From: Eledone cirrhosa
Lineage: Eukaryota
DNA: 64,000 bases
Direction of reading: 5' to 3'
Assembly (NCBI GenBank): GCA_964016885.1
Contig: OZ024751.1
Span: 42,160,001-42,224,000 of the forward strand
Positions 1-14,013 of this stretch are shown one piece after another. The notes under the pieces are model-generated. The model searched no databases, was not told the DNA's origin, and saw only the letters and a list, made by a program, of their open reading frames with translations. The first letter of the stretch is position 1; each line of letters starts with the position of its first letter. Position numbers and translations under genes: made by a program.

Positions 1-1400
1 CTCTCCAATGACATCACAACTATCTCTGACACACTGCCTCGCAATCTTGAACACCTCCTGTTTCTGGTCCTCACGTTGCAAAACATGCTTGAATTTTCTA
101 TCCTCCGCTTCCCTCCTAGCTAAGTATACTTGTCGCCTAGCTTCCCTCTTGGTCTCTATGTAATGTACCCTGCTCCCCCCGTTCTTCCATTCTTTCCATG
201 CCTGTCTCTTGGCCTTAACTGCCTCATCTACCTTATTGTTCCACCACCAAGTCACTCTCCTCCTGCTGTGGTCTTACTCCAGCCACAGACCTCATCTGTC
301 GCCTCTAGTAAGTTATTTTTTAGGAACTCCCAGTGCTCTTCTACATTCAATGTCTCTATCTGTTCTTCTTTACTGTCGTAGGCGTTGAGTAAAATATCTT
401 AAATCTGTTACTGGCTGAGGGGTCTTTCAGCTTCCAGATCTTTCTTCTCCAGGTTGGCCTCTGTTTCCAGGTTTGTCTAGTTCTGACTGTGAGGTCGCTG
501 ACAACTAAGCTATGTTGGGAGGTACATTCCTCACTAGGGAAGGCTTTTGTGTTTACGACTGTCCATCTGTCACGTCCTCTGATGAGGATAAAATCTATCT
601 GACTAGAATGCCCCCCCCCCCCCCCCCCCCCCCATATCTATAGGTGATCAGGTGGTTGTCGGGTTTTTTGAAGTTTGTGTTACATATCGACATGTCATTG
701 GCGTCGCAGAATTCTAGAAGTCTGAATCCTTCTTCATTTCTTGTGCCAACCCCATGGCCTCCATGGACTCTATTGAAGCCGTCACAGTGTTTACCTACGT
801 GTCCGTTAAAATCTCCTGCGATGATTAGGAAGTCATTGTCGTTTGTTAGAGCAGTAGTGTGCATTAGGGACTCGTAAAATCTATCCTTAAGTTCGTCTGG
901 CAAACCCGATTGGGGTGCGTAAGCTGATATTGTGGTAATTGTTTTATTCAGGACTAGTCTGAGTTTAATGATTCTTGCATTTACCCTGTACACTGAGATT
1001 ACTTTATCTACCCACTTGTCAGCTAGTAGTATACCTACACCACCCATCCCATCGTCATTTCCCACCCAGAAAAATTTGTAGCACCGACTTTTTCCTACAA
1101 GGACTCTAGCAGACTCTCCTCTCCATCTAGTCTCTTGCACACAGCATACGTTAATTTCCTTTCGCTCTAGCATTTCTACGATTTCTCCTGCTCTTCCTTT
1201 CATTGTGCTTACATTGATGATACCAACTCGGAGTTTTGGGCATTTCTCATAGGGAAGGGTCGATTTTTGCAGGAGTGTGTGTGTGCTTCCTCTCTCTGGA
1301 TTGGCGCTTCACATGGGTGCTTGGTAGCTCGCGGATTCATATTCATTTCATCTATTAATTCAGAGTTGCTCCAATTTATTCTCAGCTCATCCATCCATAA
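1..1400 (-). mobile_element. RTE-clade LINE, 5' part with apurinic endonuclease domain, frameshifted
   Basis: ORF 595-1203 has APE motifs (CCVQETRW, GGVG, ISAYAPQSG, GDFNGHVG, CNTNF). The frame breaks at a C23 tract (611-633); LINE-like sequence continues to the window edge. Confidence 0.88.
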
Positions 1401-1825
1401 CGGTAGGAAAATTCAGGGCTAGAAGAACAGTGGTGGTGGTGGTGGTAATAATGGCAGGGTGTGTTGGGCTGGGACGGGGGAGGAGAGAGTTAGGTAGTAG
1501 TAGTAGTAGTAGTATAAGAAATGGCATGCTGAGGTTTGATTGGTCGAATAGGCTATGGTGGTTTGAATGGGTTGGTGGGAGGGAAATTGTGAGGTAGAGA
1601 GAGGGTCGCCGTCAAGGCTAACAAACTAACTGATAGAATACAGCATGGCAAAGTAGCCGATAGAATACAGCAACAATAATATTAATAATAATAATAGCCA
1701 GTCATGGCCTGTCGCCTTTGATGGAAAAATAGACAGAGACAGAGTCAGCATGGTAGGGGAAAATGAGGATAACAAAATAGATGTGTTGTGGTGGCTGAAA
1801 TACCTGGCCAGATTTGTTATTTGTT

Positions 1826-4800
1826 ATATTAAATAATTTGTTATCACATTAAAATACAACCACAAACATCTATTAAATAATTCGTTATCACATTAAAATA
1901 CAGCCACAAACATCTATTAAATAATTTGATATCACATTAAAATACAACCACAAACATCTAATAAATAATTCGTTATCACATTAAAATACAGCCACAAACA
2001 TCTATTAAATAATTCGTTATCACATTAAAATACAGCCACAAACATCTATTAAATAATTCGTTATCACATTAAAATACAGCCACAAACATCTATTAAATAA
2101 TTTGTTATCACATTAAAATACAGCCACAAACATCTATTAAATAATTTGTTATCACATTAAAATACAACCACAAACATCTATTAAATAATTTGTTATCACA
2201 TTAAAATACAACCACAAACATCTATTAAATAATTCGTTATCACATTAAAATACAGCCACAAACATCTATTAAATAATTTGATATGACATTAAAATACAGC
2301 CACAAACATCTAATAAATAATTCGTTATCATATTAAAATACAGCCACAAACATCTATTAAATAATTTGATATCACATTAAAATACAGCCACAAACATCTA
2401 ATAAATAATTTGTTATCACATTAAAATACAGCCACAAACATGTATTAAATAATTTGATATCACATTAAAATACAGCCACAAACATCTAATAAATAATTCG
2501 TTATCACATTAAAATACAGCCACAAACATCTATTAAATAATTTGATATCACATTAAAATACAGCCACAAACATCTAATAAATAATTTGTTATCACATTAA
2601 AATACAGCCACAAACATCTATTAAATAATTTGATATCACATTAAAATACAACCACAAACATCTATTAAATAATTTGATATCACATTAAAATACAGCCACA
2701 AACATCTATTAAATAATTCGATATCACATTAAAATACAACCACAAACATCTATTAAATAATTCGTTATATCAAAATACAACCACAAACATCTATTAAATA
2801 ATTTGTTATCACATCAAAATACAACCACAAACATCTATTAAATAATTCGTTATCACATTAAAATACAGCCACAAACATCTATTAAATAATTCGTTATATC
2901 AAAATACAACCACAAACATCTATTAAATAATTTGTTATCACATCAAAATACAACCACAAACATCTATTAAATAATTTGTTATGACATCAAAATACAACCA
3001 CAAACATCTATTAAATAATTTGTTATCACATCAAAATACAACCACAAACATCTATTAAATAATTTGTTATCACATCAAAATACAACCACAAACATCTATT
3101 AAATAATTCGTTATATCAAAATACAACCACAAATATCTATTAAATAATTCGATATCACATTAAAATACAACCACAAACATCTATTAAATAATTCGATATC
3201 ACATTAAAATACAACCACAAACATCTATTAAATAATTCGTTATATCAAAATACAACCACAAACATCTATTAAATAATTTGTTATCACATCAAAATACAAC
3301 CACAAACATCTATTAAATAATTCGTTATCACATTAAAATACAGCCACAAACATCTATTAAATAATTCGTTATATCAAAATACAACCACAAACATCTATTA
3401 AATAATTTGTTATCACATCAAAATACAACCACAAACATCTATTAAATAATTTGTTATCACATCAAAATACAACCACAAACATCTATTAAATAATTTATCA
3501 CATCAAAATACAACCAGAAACATCTATTAAATAATTTGTTATCACATCAAAATACAACCACAAACATCTATTAAATAATTCGTTATATCAAAATACAACC
3601 ACAAACATCTATTAAATAATTCGTTATATCAAAATACAACCACAAAAATCTATTAAATAATTCGTTATATCAAAATACAACCACAAACATCTATTAAATA
3701 ATTCGTTATATCAAAATACAACCACAAACATCTATTAAATAATTCGTTATATCAAAATACAACCACAAACATCTATTAAATAATTCGTTATATCAAAATA
3801 CAACCACAAATATCTATTAAATAATTTGATATCACATTAAAATACAACCACAAACATCTATTAAATAATTCGTTATATCAAAATACAACCACAAATATCT
3901 ATTAAATAATTCGATATCACATTAAAATACAACCACAAACATCTATTAAATAATTCGATATCACATTAAAATACAACCACAAACATCTATTAAATAATTC
4001 GTTATATCAAAATACAACCACAAACATCTATTAAATAATTCGTTATATCAAAATACAACCACAAATATCTATTAAATAATTCGATATCACATTAAAATAC
4101 AACCACAAACATCTATTAAATAATTCGTTATATCAAAATACAACCACAAACATCTATTAAATAATTCGTTATATCAAAATACAACCACAAACATCTATTA
4201 AATAATTCGTTATATCAAAATACAGCCACAAACATCTATTAAATAATTCGTTATATCAAAATACAACCACAAACATCTATTAAATAATTCGTTATATCAA
4301 AATACAACCACAAACATCTATTAAATAATTCGTTATATCAAAATACAGCCACAAACATCTATTAAATAATTCGTTATATCAAAATACAACCACAAACATC
4401 TATTAAATAATTTGTTATCACATCAAAATACAACCACAAACATCTATTAAATAATTCGTTATCACATTAAAATACAGCCACAAACATCTATTAAATAATT
4501 CGTTATATCAAAATACAACCACAAACATCTATTAAATAATTTGTTATCACATCAAAATACAACCACAAACATCTGTTAAATAATTTGTTATGACATCAAA
4601 ATACAACCACAAACATCTATTAAATAATTTGTTATCACATCAAAATACAACCACAAACATCTATTAAATAATTCGTTATATCAAAATACAACCACAAATA
4701 TCTATTAAATAATTCGATATCACATTAAAATACAACCACAAACATCTATTAAATAATTCGATATCACATTAAAATACAACCACAAACATCTATTAAATAA

Positions 4801-7800
4801 TTCGTTATATCAAAATACAACCACAAACATCTATTAAATAATTTGTTATCACATCAAAATACAACCACAAACATCTATTAAATAATTCGTTATCACATTA
4901 AAATACAGCCACAAACATCTATTAAATAATTCGTTATATCAAAATACAACCACAAACATCTATTAAATAATTTGTTATCACATCAAAATACAACCACAAA
5001 CATCTATTAAATAATTTGTTATCACATCAAAATACAACCACAAACATCTATTAAATAATTTGTTATCACATCAAAATACAACCAGAAACATCTATTAAAT
5101 AATTTGTTATCACATCAAAATACAACCACAAACATCTATTAAATAATTCGTTATATCAAAATACAACCACAAACATCTATTAAATAATTCGTTATATCAA
5201 AATACAACCACAAACATCTATTAAATAATTCGTTATATCAAAATACAACCACAAACATCTATTAAATAATTCGTTATATCAAAATACAACCACAAACATC
5301 TATTAAATAATTCGTTATATCAAAATACAACCACAAACATCTATTAAATAATTCGTTATATCAAAATACAACCACAAATATCTATTAAATAATTCGATAT
5401 CACATTAAAATCCAACCACAAACATCTATTAAATAATTCGTTATATCAAAATACAACCACAAACATCTATTAAATAATTCGTTATATCAAAATACAACCA
5501 CAAATATCTATTAAATAATTCGATATCACATTAAAATACAACCACAAACATCTATTAAATAATTCGTTATATCAAAATACAACCACAAACATCTATTAAA
5601 TAATTTGTTATATCAAAATACAACCACAAATATCTATTAAATAATTCGATATCACATCAAAATACAACCACAAACATCTATTAAATAATTTGTTATATCA
5701 AAATACAACCACAAACATCTATTAAATAATTTGTTATCACATCAAAATACAAAACCACAAACATCTATTAAATAATTTGTTATCACATCAAAATACAACC
5801 ACAAACATCTATTAAATAATTTGTTATCACATCAAAATACAACCACAAACATCTATTAAATAATTTGTTATCACATCAAAATACAACCACAAACACTATT
5901 AAATAATTTGTTATATCAAAATACAACCACAAACATCTATTAAATAATTCGTTATATCAAAATACAACCACAAACATCTATTAAATAATTCGTTATATCA
6001 AAATACAACCACAAATATCTATTAAATAATTTGTTATCACATCAAAATACAACCACAAACATCTATTAAATAATTCGTTATATCAAAATACAACCACAAA
6101 CATCTATTAAATAATTCGTTATATCAAAATACAACCACAAACATCTATTAAATAATTCGTTATATCAAAATACAGCCACAAACATCTATTAAATAATTCG
6201 TTATATCAAAATACAACCACAAACATCTATTAAATAATTCGTTATATCAAAATACAACCACAAACATCTATTAAATAATTCGTTATATCAAAATACAACC
6301 ACAAACATCTATTAAATAATTCGTTATATCAAAATACAACCACAAACATCTATTAAATAATTCGTTATATCAAAATACAGCCACAAACATCTATTAAATA
6401 ATTTGTTATATCAAAATACAACCACAAACATCTATTAAATAATTCGTTATATCAAAATACAACCACAAACATCTATTAAATAATTCGTTATATCAAAATA
6501 CAACCACAAACATCTATTAAATAATTCGTTATATCAAAATACAACCACAAATATCTATTAAATAATTCGATATCACATTAAAATACAACCACAAACATCT
6601 ATTAAATAATTCGTTATATCAAAATACAACCACAAACATCTATTAAATAATTTGTTATATCAAAATACAACCACAAACATCTATTAAATAATTCGTTATA
6701 TCAAAATACAACCACAAATATCTATTAAATAATTCGATATCACATTAAAATACAACCACAAACATCTATTAAATAATTCGTTATATCAAAATACAACCAC
6801 AAACATCTATTAAATAATTCGTTATATCAAAATACAACCACAAACATCTATTAAATAATTCGTTATATCAAAATACAGCCACAAACATCTATTAAATAAT
6901 TCGTTATATCAAAATACAACCACAAACATCTATTAAATAATTTGTTATATCAAAATACAACCACAAACATCTATTAAATAATTTGTTATATCAAAATACA
7001 GCCACAAACATCTATTAAATAATTCGTTATATCAAAATACAACCACAAACATCTATTAAATAATTTGTTATATCAAAATACAACCACAAACATCTATTAA
7101 ATAATTTGTTATCACATTAAAATACAACCACAAACATCTAATAAATAATTTGTTATATCAAAATACAACCACAAACATCTATTAAATAATTTGTTATATC
7201 AAAATACAACCACAAACATCTATTAAATAATTTGTTATATCAAAATACAACCACAAACATCTATTAAATAATTTGTTATCACATTAAAATACAGCCACAA
7301 ACATCTATTAAATAATTTGTTATATCAAAATACAACCACAAACATCTATTAAATAATTTGTTATATCAAAATACAACCACAAACATCTATTAAATAATTT
7401 GTTATCACATTAAAATACAACCACAGACATCTATTAAATAATTTGTTATCACATTAAAATACAACCACAAACATCTATTAAATAATTTGTTATATCAAAA
7501 TACAACCACAAACATCTATTAAATAATTTGTTATATCAAAATACAACCACAAACATCTATTAAATAATTTGTTATATCAAAATACAACCACAAACATCTA
7601 TTAAATAATTTGTTATATCAAAATACAACCACAAACATCTATTAAATAATTTGTTATCACATTAAAATACAACCACAAACATCTATTAAATAATTTGTTA
7701 TCACATTAAAATACAACCACAAACATCTAATAAATAATTTGTTATCACATTAAAATACAACCACAAACATCTATTAAATAATTTGTTATCACATTAAAAT

Positions 7801-8535
7801 ACAGCCACAAACATCTATTAAATAATTTGTTATATCAAAATACAACCCAAACATCTATTAAATAATTCGATATCACATTAAAATACAACCACAAACATCT
7901 ATTAAATAATTCGATATCACATTAAAATACAACCACAAACATCTATTAAATAATTCGATATCACATTAAAATACAACCACAAACATCTATTAAATAATTC
8001 GATATCACATTAAAATACAACCACAAACATCTATTAAATAATTCGATATCACATTAAAATACAACCACAAACATCTATTAAATAATTTGTTATATCAAAA
8101 TACAACCACAAACATCTATTAAATAATTCGATATCACATTAAAATACAACCACAAACATCTATTAAATAATTCGATATCACATTAAAATACAACCACAAA
8201 CATCTATTAAATAATTTGTTATATCAAAATACAACCACAAACATCTATTAAATAATTTGTTATATCAAAATACAACCACAAACATCTATTAAATAATTTG
8301 TTATATCAAAATACAACCACAAACATCTATTAAATAATTTGTTATATCAAAATACAACCACAAACATCTATTAAATAATTTGTTATATCAAAATACAACC
8401 ACAAACATCTATTAAATAATTTGTTATATCAAAATACAACCACAAACATCTATTAAATAATTTGTTATATCAAAATACAACCACAAACATCTATTAAATA
8501 ATTTGTTATATCAAAATACAACCACAAACATCTAT
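1826..8535. repeat. Satellite array, 39-41 bp unit, roughly 165-170 copies
   Basis: Unit aaaatacaaccacaaacatctattaaataatt(c/t)gttat(cac)at(c/t), repeated head to tail with a few variant sites. Confidence 0.98.
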
Positions 8536-8540
8536 AACAG

Positions 8541-8880
8541 AATACATTTTACTGGCGAAGATTCGAAACCGAATCTGAGCTTTCCCGCTTCTGGGACAAG
8601 CCGTAGTTGGAAGTTTTCGCCTTTGTCCTGTCAACGATGATGGATGACATTCCATTTGACCTGTGACCCCAACCCCTTGGGAGATTCTAACCACAGGTCA
8701 GATTATATATCTATCCTTCTAACTTCAACGAGGTTATAAATACAAGGATTTTTTATGCCCAGTAGAAAAAGTGATAGTACAGACAAGAGAGGAGGTTTTC
8801 ACTGATGCTGTCAAATCTCCCTTCACGAAAAACCAGTCTGTCCACTAATTTCTCACATGCCATTCCCGCCTGGCTGATTG
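8541..8880 (+). pseudogene. Degenerate BIR-domain segment of an IAP-like gene
   Basis: Frame 8641 reads (R*)WMTF...RL*IQGFFMP...DKRGGFH*CCQISLHEKPVCPLISHMPFPPG*L. It aligns without gaps to the BIR pattern DxVxCFxCxxxLxxWxxxDxPxxEHxxxxPxC. Stops at 8638, 8737, 8803 and 8875. Confidence 0.55.
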
Positions 8881-9324
8881 AATACTACTACTGCTAAGAC
8901 AAGAACGTATACTAATACGCACACCCACACACACACACACACATAGTAAGTTCATACTGTTTGCATTTTACACTCACCCTTTCTGTTTGTTATATTGTAT
9001 CTTTCAGATACAATACAAATTATATTATATCGTATTCTCTGATACTTACATTTATGTGACTCGAAGAGCCACCAACTTATTGTACAAATATTTCATGTTA
9101 TAGATTTTATCATTCAATGTTCAAATTGAATATTGTTATTGTAAAATAAACATTGTAACAACACAATCCTGGTATTATTCCTTTCATTAAAACCATCATA
9201 CCAACAATCAATCTATTCATTACACATCTAAAATAATTTATCACATTTAAATACAGCCACAAATTTTTGTTTTAAATTCCAAGAAACAACTTTCATTATC
9301 AGTTTGTTGTTGTTGTTATTTCAG

Positions 9325-9346
9325 AAATGTCAACCAGGCACAACAG
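9325..9346 (+). CDS. 22-nt micro-exon of IAP-like gene (KCQPGTT)
   Basis: ttatttcag acceptor and AG/gtaagt donor; ends in phase 1, matching the next exon. Confidence 0.6.
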
Positions 9347-9406
9347 GTAAGTGACCATTGCAATATATATTGAGATTAATAATTGTATCTATTATTATTA
9401 TTATTT

Positions 9407-9770
9407 GCAGCATAGTGTTATGGCCCTTTACGTTCTGAGTTCAACTCCCACCGAGGTTAGCTTTGCCTTTCTTCCTTACGGGGTCAATAAAATAAAGTAC
9501 CAGTAATGTACTGGGGTCGATTTAATTGACTTTCCCTTCCCCAAAAATTGTTGGCCTTGTGTCTAAATCAGAAACCATTGCAGTATCGGTAGAGGGTTTG
9601 ACGCCATGCTTTGCAGCATAGAGTTACGTCCCTTTACAGTCTGAGTTCAAATCCCGCCGAGGTTAACTTTGCCTTTCATCCTTACGGGGTCGATAAAATA
9701 AAGTACCAGTAATGTACTGGGTAATTGCTGGCCTTGTGCCTAAAGTAGAAACAATTATTATTATTATTAT
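9407..9770 (+). mobile_element. Two tandem tRNA-derived SINEs with a Meta-domain-like core
   Basis: B-box-like gagttcaaatccc, core gcctttcatccttacggggtcgataaaataaagtaccag, (att)n tail; same family as 26106, 28945 and 55045. Confidence 0.8.
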
Positions 9771-9821
9771 TCACTAAGGCAGAGTTTGCAGTATTGATAG
9801 GGCCTCATTTAGTATGGTGAA

Positions 9822-10075
9822 TTCTTCTTCTTCACCCACATATTCCTGAGCAGGTCATGGGAGCAGTGTCCTCAGGCACACCTTCAAGCAGGTTCTGTAA
9901 GAAGCAACTGTCTCCAATTGATCCAGTTCCCCAAACATGACCATCCAAGCTCATGAATATTATCCAACCATCTGGCTCGGGGTATACCCCTAGGTCTCCT
10001 GCCAGTTGGTTTTGCCCCTAAAATCTGTCCTGTGATTCTTTTCTGAGACATTCTAACTACATTTCCGGATGATGA
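9822..10075 (-). mobile_element. Decayed RTE LINE 3' end
   Basis: Translates to ...AKPTGRRPRGIPRARWLDNI..., with a ggg-tgaagaagaa tail like the copy at 15600-15845. Confidence 0.7.
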
Positions 10076-10430
10076 ATTGGTAGACAAAATACTTGGCAGT
10101 ATATATTTACATTTCTCTGCATTATAAGTTCAAATCCAAGTTGATTGTTGCCTGCCAATAAAATAGTCATGTACTGGGTTTCATTGATTATATCTCTGCA
10201 GCCTGTCTGGTCTTGGACTGTGACAAGTCGTCCAACCCATGCCAGCATGTATGATGTTGATAATCCTAATTTCAAGGCCTTTTCACTCCTATTAGAGAAA
10301 GCCCTCCCTGGTTGACCTCCACCACTTCCTATCTCTGGCCATATTAGGCAATGTGGGGCCCGAGGTATTGGATCAGATTGTTGCACCATTTGGCCTTTGG
10401 CTGTCTTCTGGTTCTTTTCTACTGCCTTGG

Positions 10431-10643
10431 TGTCCTCTCTGTCACTCTAACAGTCCACCTGTTGTCTCTGATGATGAAATGTTGTCCTCTCTGTCACTCT
10501 AACAGTCCACCTGTTGTCTCTGATGATGAAATGTTGTCCTCTCTGTCACTCTAACAGTCCACCTGTTGTCTCTGATGATGAAATGGTGTCCTCTCTGTCA
10601 CTCTAACAGTCCACCTGTTGTCTCTGATGATGAAATGTTGTCC
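10431..10643. repeat. Intronic 52-bp minisatellite, 4 copies
   Basis: tgtcctctctgtcactctaacagtccacctgttgtctctgatgatgaaatgt x4. Confidence 0.95.
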
Positions 10644-10745
10644 AAAATTTAGCAACCTTAGCTGAAACAACTTTAATTTTTTTCTAAGAAAATTGATAAA
10701 AGATAATATCTTGTGATCGCAGCTGTGTTTTTCTTATTGTTCCAG

Positions 10746-10871
10746 CTACAGAGGAAGTTTCTGCCACCCATCTTACACCTAATGGAATTATTGTCAGAGC
10801 CGTACAACAACAAGGTTACCCACAGGTTTTCATTGATTATGCATTTTTCAAACTTAAAATGGAGAACCCAG
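10746..10871 (+). CDS. IAP-like gene exon, first half of UBA-like domain
   Basis: ttccag acceptor, G/gtctgt donor, 126 nt, phase 1-1. Reads TEEVSATHLTPNGIIVRAVQQQGYPQVFIDYAFFKLKMENP (VxAVxxxG[FY] pattern of IAP UBA domains). Confidence 0.72.
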
Positions 10872-11024
10872 GTCTGTATACATAATCTATCTATATGTAA
10901 ATTTGAGCGACTTCTGTCTCTCCATCACACAATGTGTGTGTGTGAATGTATGTGTGTGTAAAAAGAAGGAAGGAGATAGGGAAAAAATTATAGCGAAACA
11001 GTGGCTGGCATTCCATTTGTTACG

Positions 11025-11760
11025 ATGTGTGTGTTGTGTGAATGTATGTGTCTGTGTCTTTGTGTGAATGTATGTGTCTGTGTCTTGTGTGAATGTATGT
11101 GTCTGTGTTGTGTGAATGTATGTGTCTGTGTCTTTGTGTGAATGTATGTGTCTGTGTCTTTGTGTGAATGTATGTGTCTGTGTCTGTTTTGTGTGAATGT
11201 ATGTGTCTGTGTCTTGTGTGAATGTATGTGTTTGTGTGAATGTGTGTGTCTGTGTCTTGTGTGAATGTATGTGTCTGTGTTCTGTGAATGTATGTGTCTG
11301 TGTTGTGTGAATGTGTGTGTCTGTGTGTTGCATGAATGTATGTGTCTGTGTTGTGTGAATGTATGTGTTTGTGTCTTGTGTGAATGTATGTGTCTGTGTC
11401 TTTGTGTGAATGTGTGTGTCTGTGTGTTGCATGAATGTATGTGTCTGTGTTGTGTGAATGTGTGTGTCTGTGTGTTGCATGAATGTATGTGTCTGTGTTG
11501 TGTGAATGTATGTGTCTGTGTTGTGTGAATGTATGTGTCTGTGTTGTGTGAATGTATGTGTTTGTGTCTTGTGTGAATGTATGTGTCTGTGTCTTGTGTG
11601 AATGTATGTGTCTGTGTCTTTGTGTGAATGTATGTGTCTGTGTGTTGTGTGAATGTATGTGTCTGTGTGTTGTGTGAATGTATGTGTCTGTGTGTTGTGT
11701 GAATGTGTGTGTCTGTGTTGTGTGAATGTGTGCGTATTTGTGTGAATGTATGTGTCTGTG
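11025..11760. repeat. TG-rich minisatellite, ~20-24 bp unit
   Basis: tgtgtgaatgtatgtgtctgtg variants in tandem. Confidence 0.95.
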
Positions 11761-12330
11761 AGTGTCTATTTTTGTAAGTGTGTCTGTGTTTGCATGTTAT
11801 ATTTATATACTCATACATATAAATGTATGCATGTGCACATGTACAAACTCACACACATACACACATACGTGTCCGCATTTTGAAAAAGATCCTAGTACTA
11901 TAAAAGCCAAGTTCTTCCCTGACTGTCCGTCTGTCACAATATATATATATAAGGGACCGTGACAAGTGGAGAGATGCTGTGCTGAATAGGACCCGTCCCA
12001 CCCTTGCAAGCAGGGAAAAGCGGACATAAACTGATGGTGATCATGATGAAGGGGAGGAGAAAAAGCCCACAAAATAATAATAATATTAATATAAATAATG
12101 TCCAGCTGATAATGAGGTGTACGCTATTATGTGTTCCAGCCGATAGGCTGAGGCCATGCTGGGTCACCGCCATTAAAGAAAGAAAAACGTTGATAGATAC
12201 GACAGTTTAGCTTTGGATTTTAAGCAGTTGTGGTCACTGAAAAAGATTGTTATATGACAGGATATTTCTGTAATGAGATGATGTAAAAAAGTGGATTTTG
12301 TTGGGAGTCCCTAGGCTTGCAGTATGTATG

Positions 12331-12367
<37 letters not shown>

Positions 12368-12395
12368 GTTGTTTTGTTATTTCCGTTGTTTACAG

Positions 12396-12497
12396 AGAGA
12401 GAATTTGCAAATGCTGAAGAACTGTTCTGTTTTATTCATCGACTTCCTGGAGCTGAGGAAGCTGCTTCAGAAAGAATAAATAACCCAACTGTTAAAA
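12396..12497 (+). CDS. IAP-like gene exon, second half of UBA-like domain
   Basis: tttacag acceptor, A/gtaagt donor, 102 nt, phase 1-1; reads EREFANAEELFCFIHRLPGAEEAASERINNPTVK. Confidence 0.75.
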
Positions 12498-12794
12498 GTA
12501 AGTTTCATTTGTATCACCTCCTCCTCCTCAATAGATATTGTAAAAGAAGAGCTGTTTATCCATCTGTCTGTCCATCACTCTTATATGGATATAGGACTGT
12601 GGGAGTGAAAAGGAAAGTCAACAAAGTTGAGAATGGAAGGGAGATAACTTATGTCCTGCTTATAGTTTATTGCAAGTTTAAGAATCTACAAGGGTTAGAG
12701 GTAGGAGGGGGCACCTTCGAGTCTATATTATAAAAGAAGAGCTGTTCCTCCGTCTGTCCGTCACACTTATATATATATATATATATATATATCT

Positions 12795-13072
12795 CTGGCG
12801 TCGTGCAGTAATACAGAAGACCCGACTTCTTACGGGTACAAGCCAAAGCTGAAGTTTATAGACAATATGCCTCCACCCCCTCCCACTGTAAAGTTATCGT
12901 GGAGGCGCCACGGAAAAAAGGCACCCAGCACTCACTGTAAATGTGGTTGGTGTTAGGAAGGGCATCCAGCCATAATCAGTTCCCGTATGAGCAAGACACT
13001 GCTCACAACAGGACAACCCGTCTAACCTATGTTAGCGTGGAAGAATGGATGTAAAACGGTGATGATGATGAT
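12795..13072 (+). mobile_element. RTE-family 3' UTR fragment
   Basis: ggtgttaggaagggcatccagc ... aaaacggtgatgatga tail, shared with the RT-bearing copy at 61435-62822. Confidence 0.8.
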
Positions 13073-13858
13073 GCTAGTTATTTTTTGTTGTTTGTGTGTC
13101 TTTCTGTATGTCCTTCAACATATAGACAACAGATTGTTGTTGCTGTTGTTATTGAGAGAGAACTACAGTGAGATAGTGTGTGTATGTGTGAAAGATAGGT
13201 AGAGTGTTGTCACCATAGTAATTAACAAGTTTTGATTGAAAACATGGGAATTTTTAGTACAAATCTGTCAACACGACTAGAAAAAAATGTGTTTGATTGT
13301 CTTTCAAAGTATAGACAACACAATGTAGACTTTCAAAAAATAGCCATGACATTTGTCCATCACACTTATATGTATATATATGTAATACATATAGTTATTG
13401 GGGTGGGGTGGGGTATTTTACCGGCAGTGCAGTGATGGGTAACAACCTAGTAACTATAATTGTCTTGTATTGCATGGCATTTCTTAGGGCATTTTAAAAC
13501 TGGACAGGAAGTATCTTCTCTACAGGTTTAAATATAGCAGATTTCTTCCAGAGAATGATTGATAGAGATATAGAGAAGAAGTGAGAAAGAGATATAAAAG
13601 AAGAATCAACCCCAGTACTTTACTGGTACTTTTTTTATCGAATGGATGAAAGGCGCAGTTGACCCAGTGGGATTTGAAACATTGTTTCTTGGTCTGATCT
13701 GATGAGTTCCACCCCACTCAGTAAGTGAATGAGGTCTGAGGGCGTTGTTGTTTAATTTGAGCCATACAGTATTGCCGTAATTCCTGTATAAATCCATATA
13801 TTCAGTTTGATGTTTTTTTTCAACACTACATATTCTTTCTTTTTTGTTTTTTTTTTAG

Positions 13859-14013
13859 GTAAATATGAAAAAAAATTCATGCACTTATGTAAGCTGTGCC
13901 TTGAGCAAGAAGGCAAATTTATGGCACGTCCATGTGAACATTTCAACTGTTGTATATATTGTAAAGATAAGTTTAATGTTTGTCCAATGTGTATGGCTGA
14001 TGTTACTTTTTGA
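13859..14013 (+). CDS. Terminal exon with IAP-type C3HC4 RING finger
   Basis: Long polypyrimidine tract plus ag, phase 1 entry. CKLCLEQEGKFMARPCEHFNCCIYCKDKFNVCPMC matches the IAP/XIAP RING spacing. Confidence 0.85.

Noticed and set aside
10431-10643. ctgatgatgaaa in the 52-bp repeat as a hammerhead
   Set aside because: No room for stem II between CUGAUGA and GAAA, and no convincing stem I.
10887-11818. Long His/Thr-rich ORFs, and similar ORFs at 45098-45748, 51044-52017, 53487-54330 and 56002-56586
   Set aside because: Translations of microsatellites and minisatellites with no domain content.
13488-13525. Possible extra IAP exon (RHFKTGQEVSSLQ)
   Set aside because: It would end in phase 0 at a weak donor, incompatible with the phase 1 RING exon.
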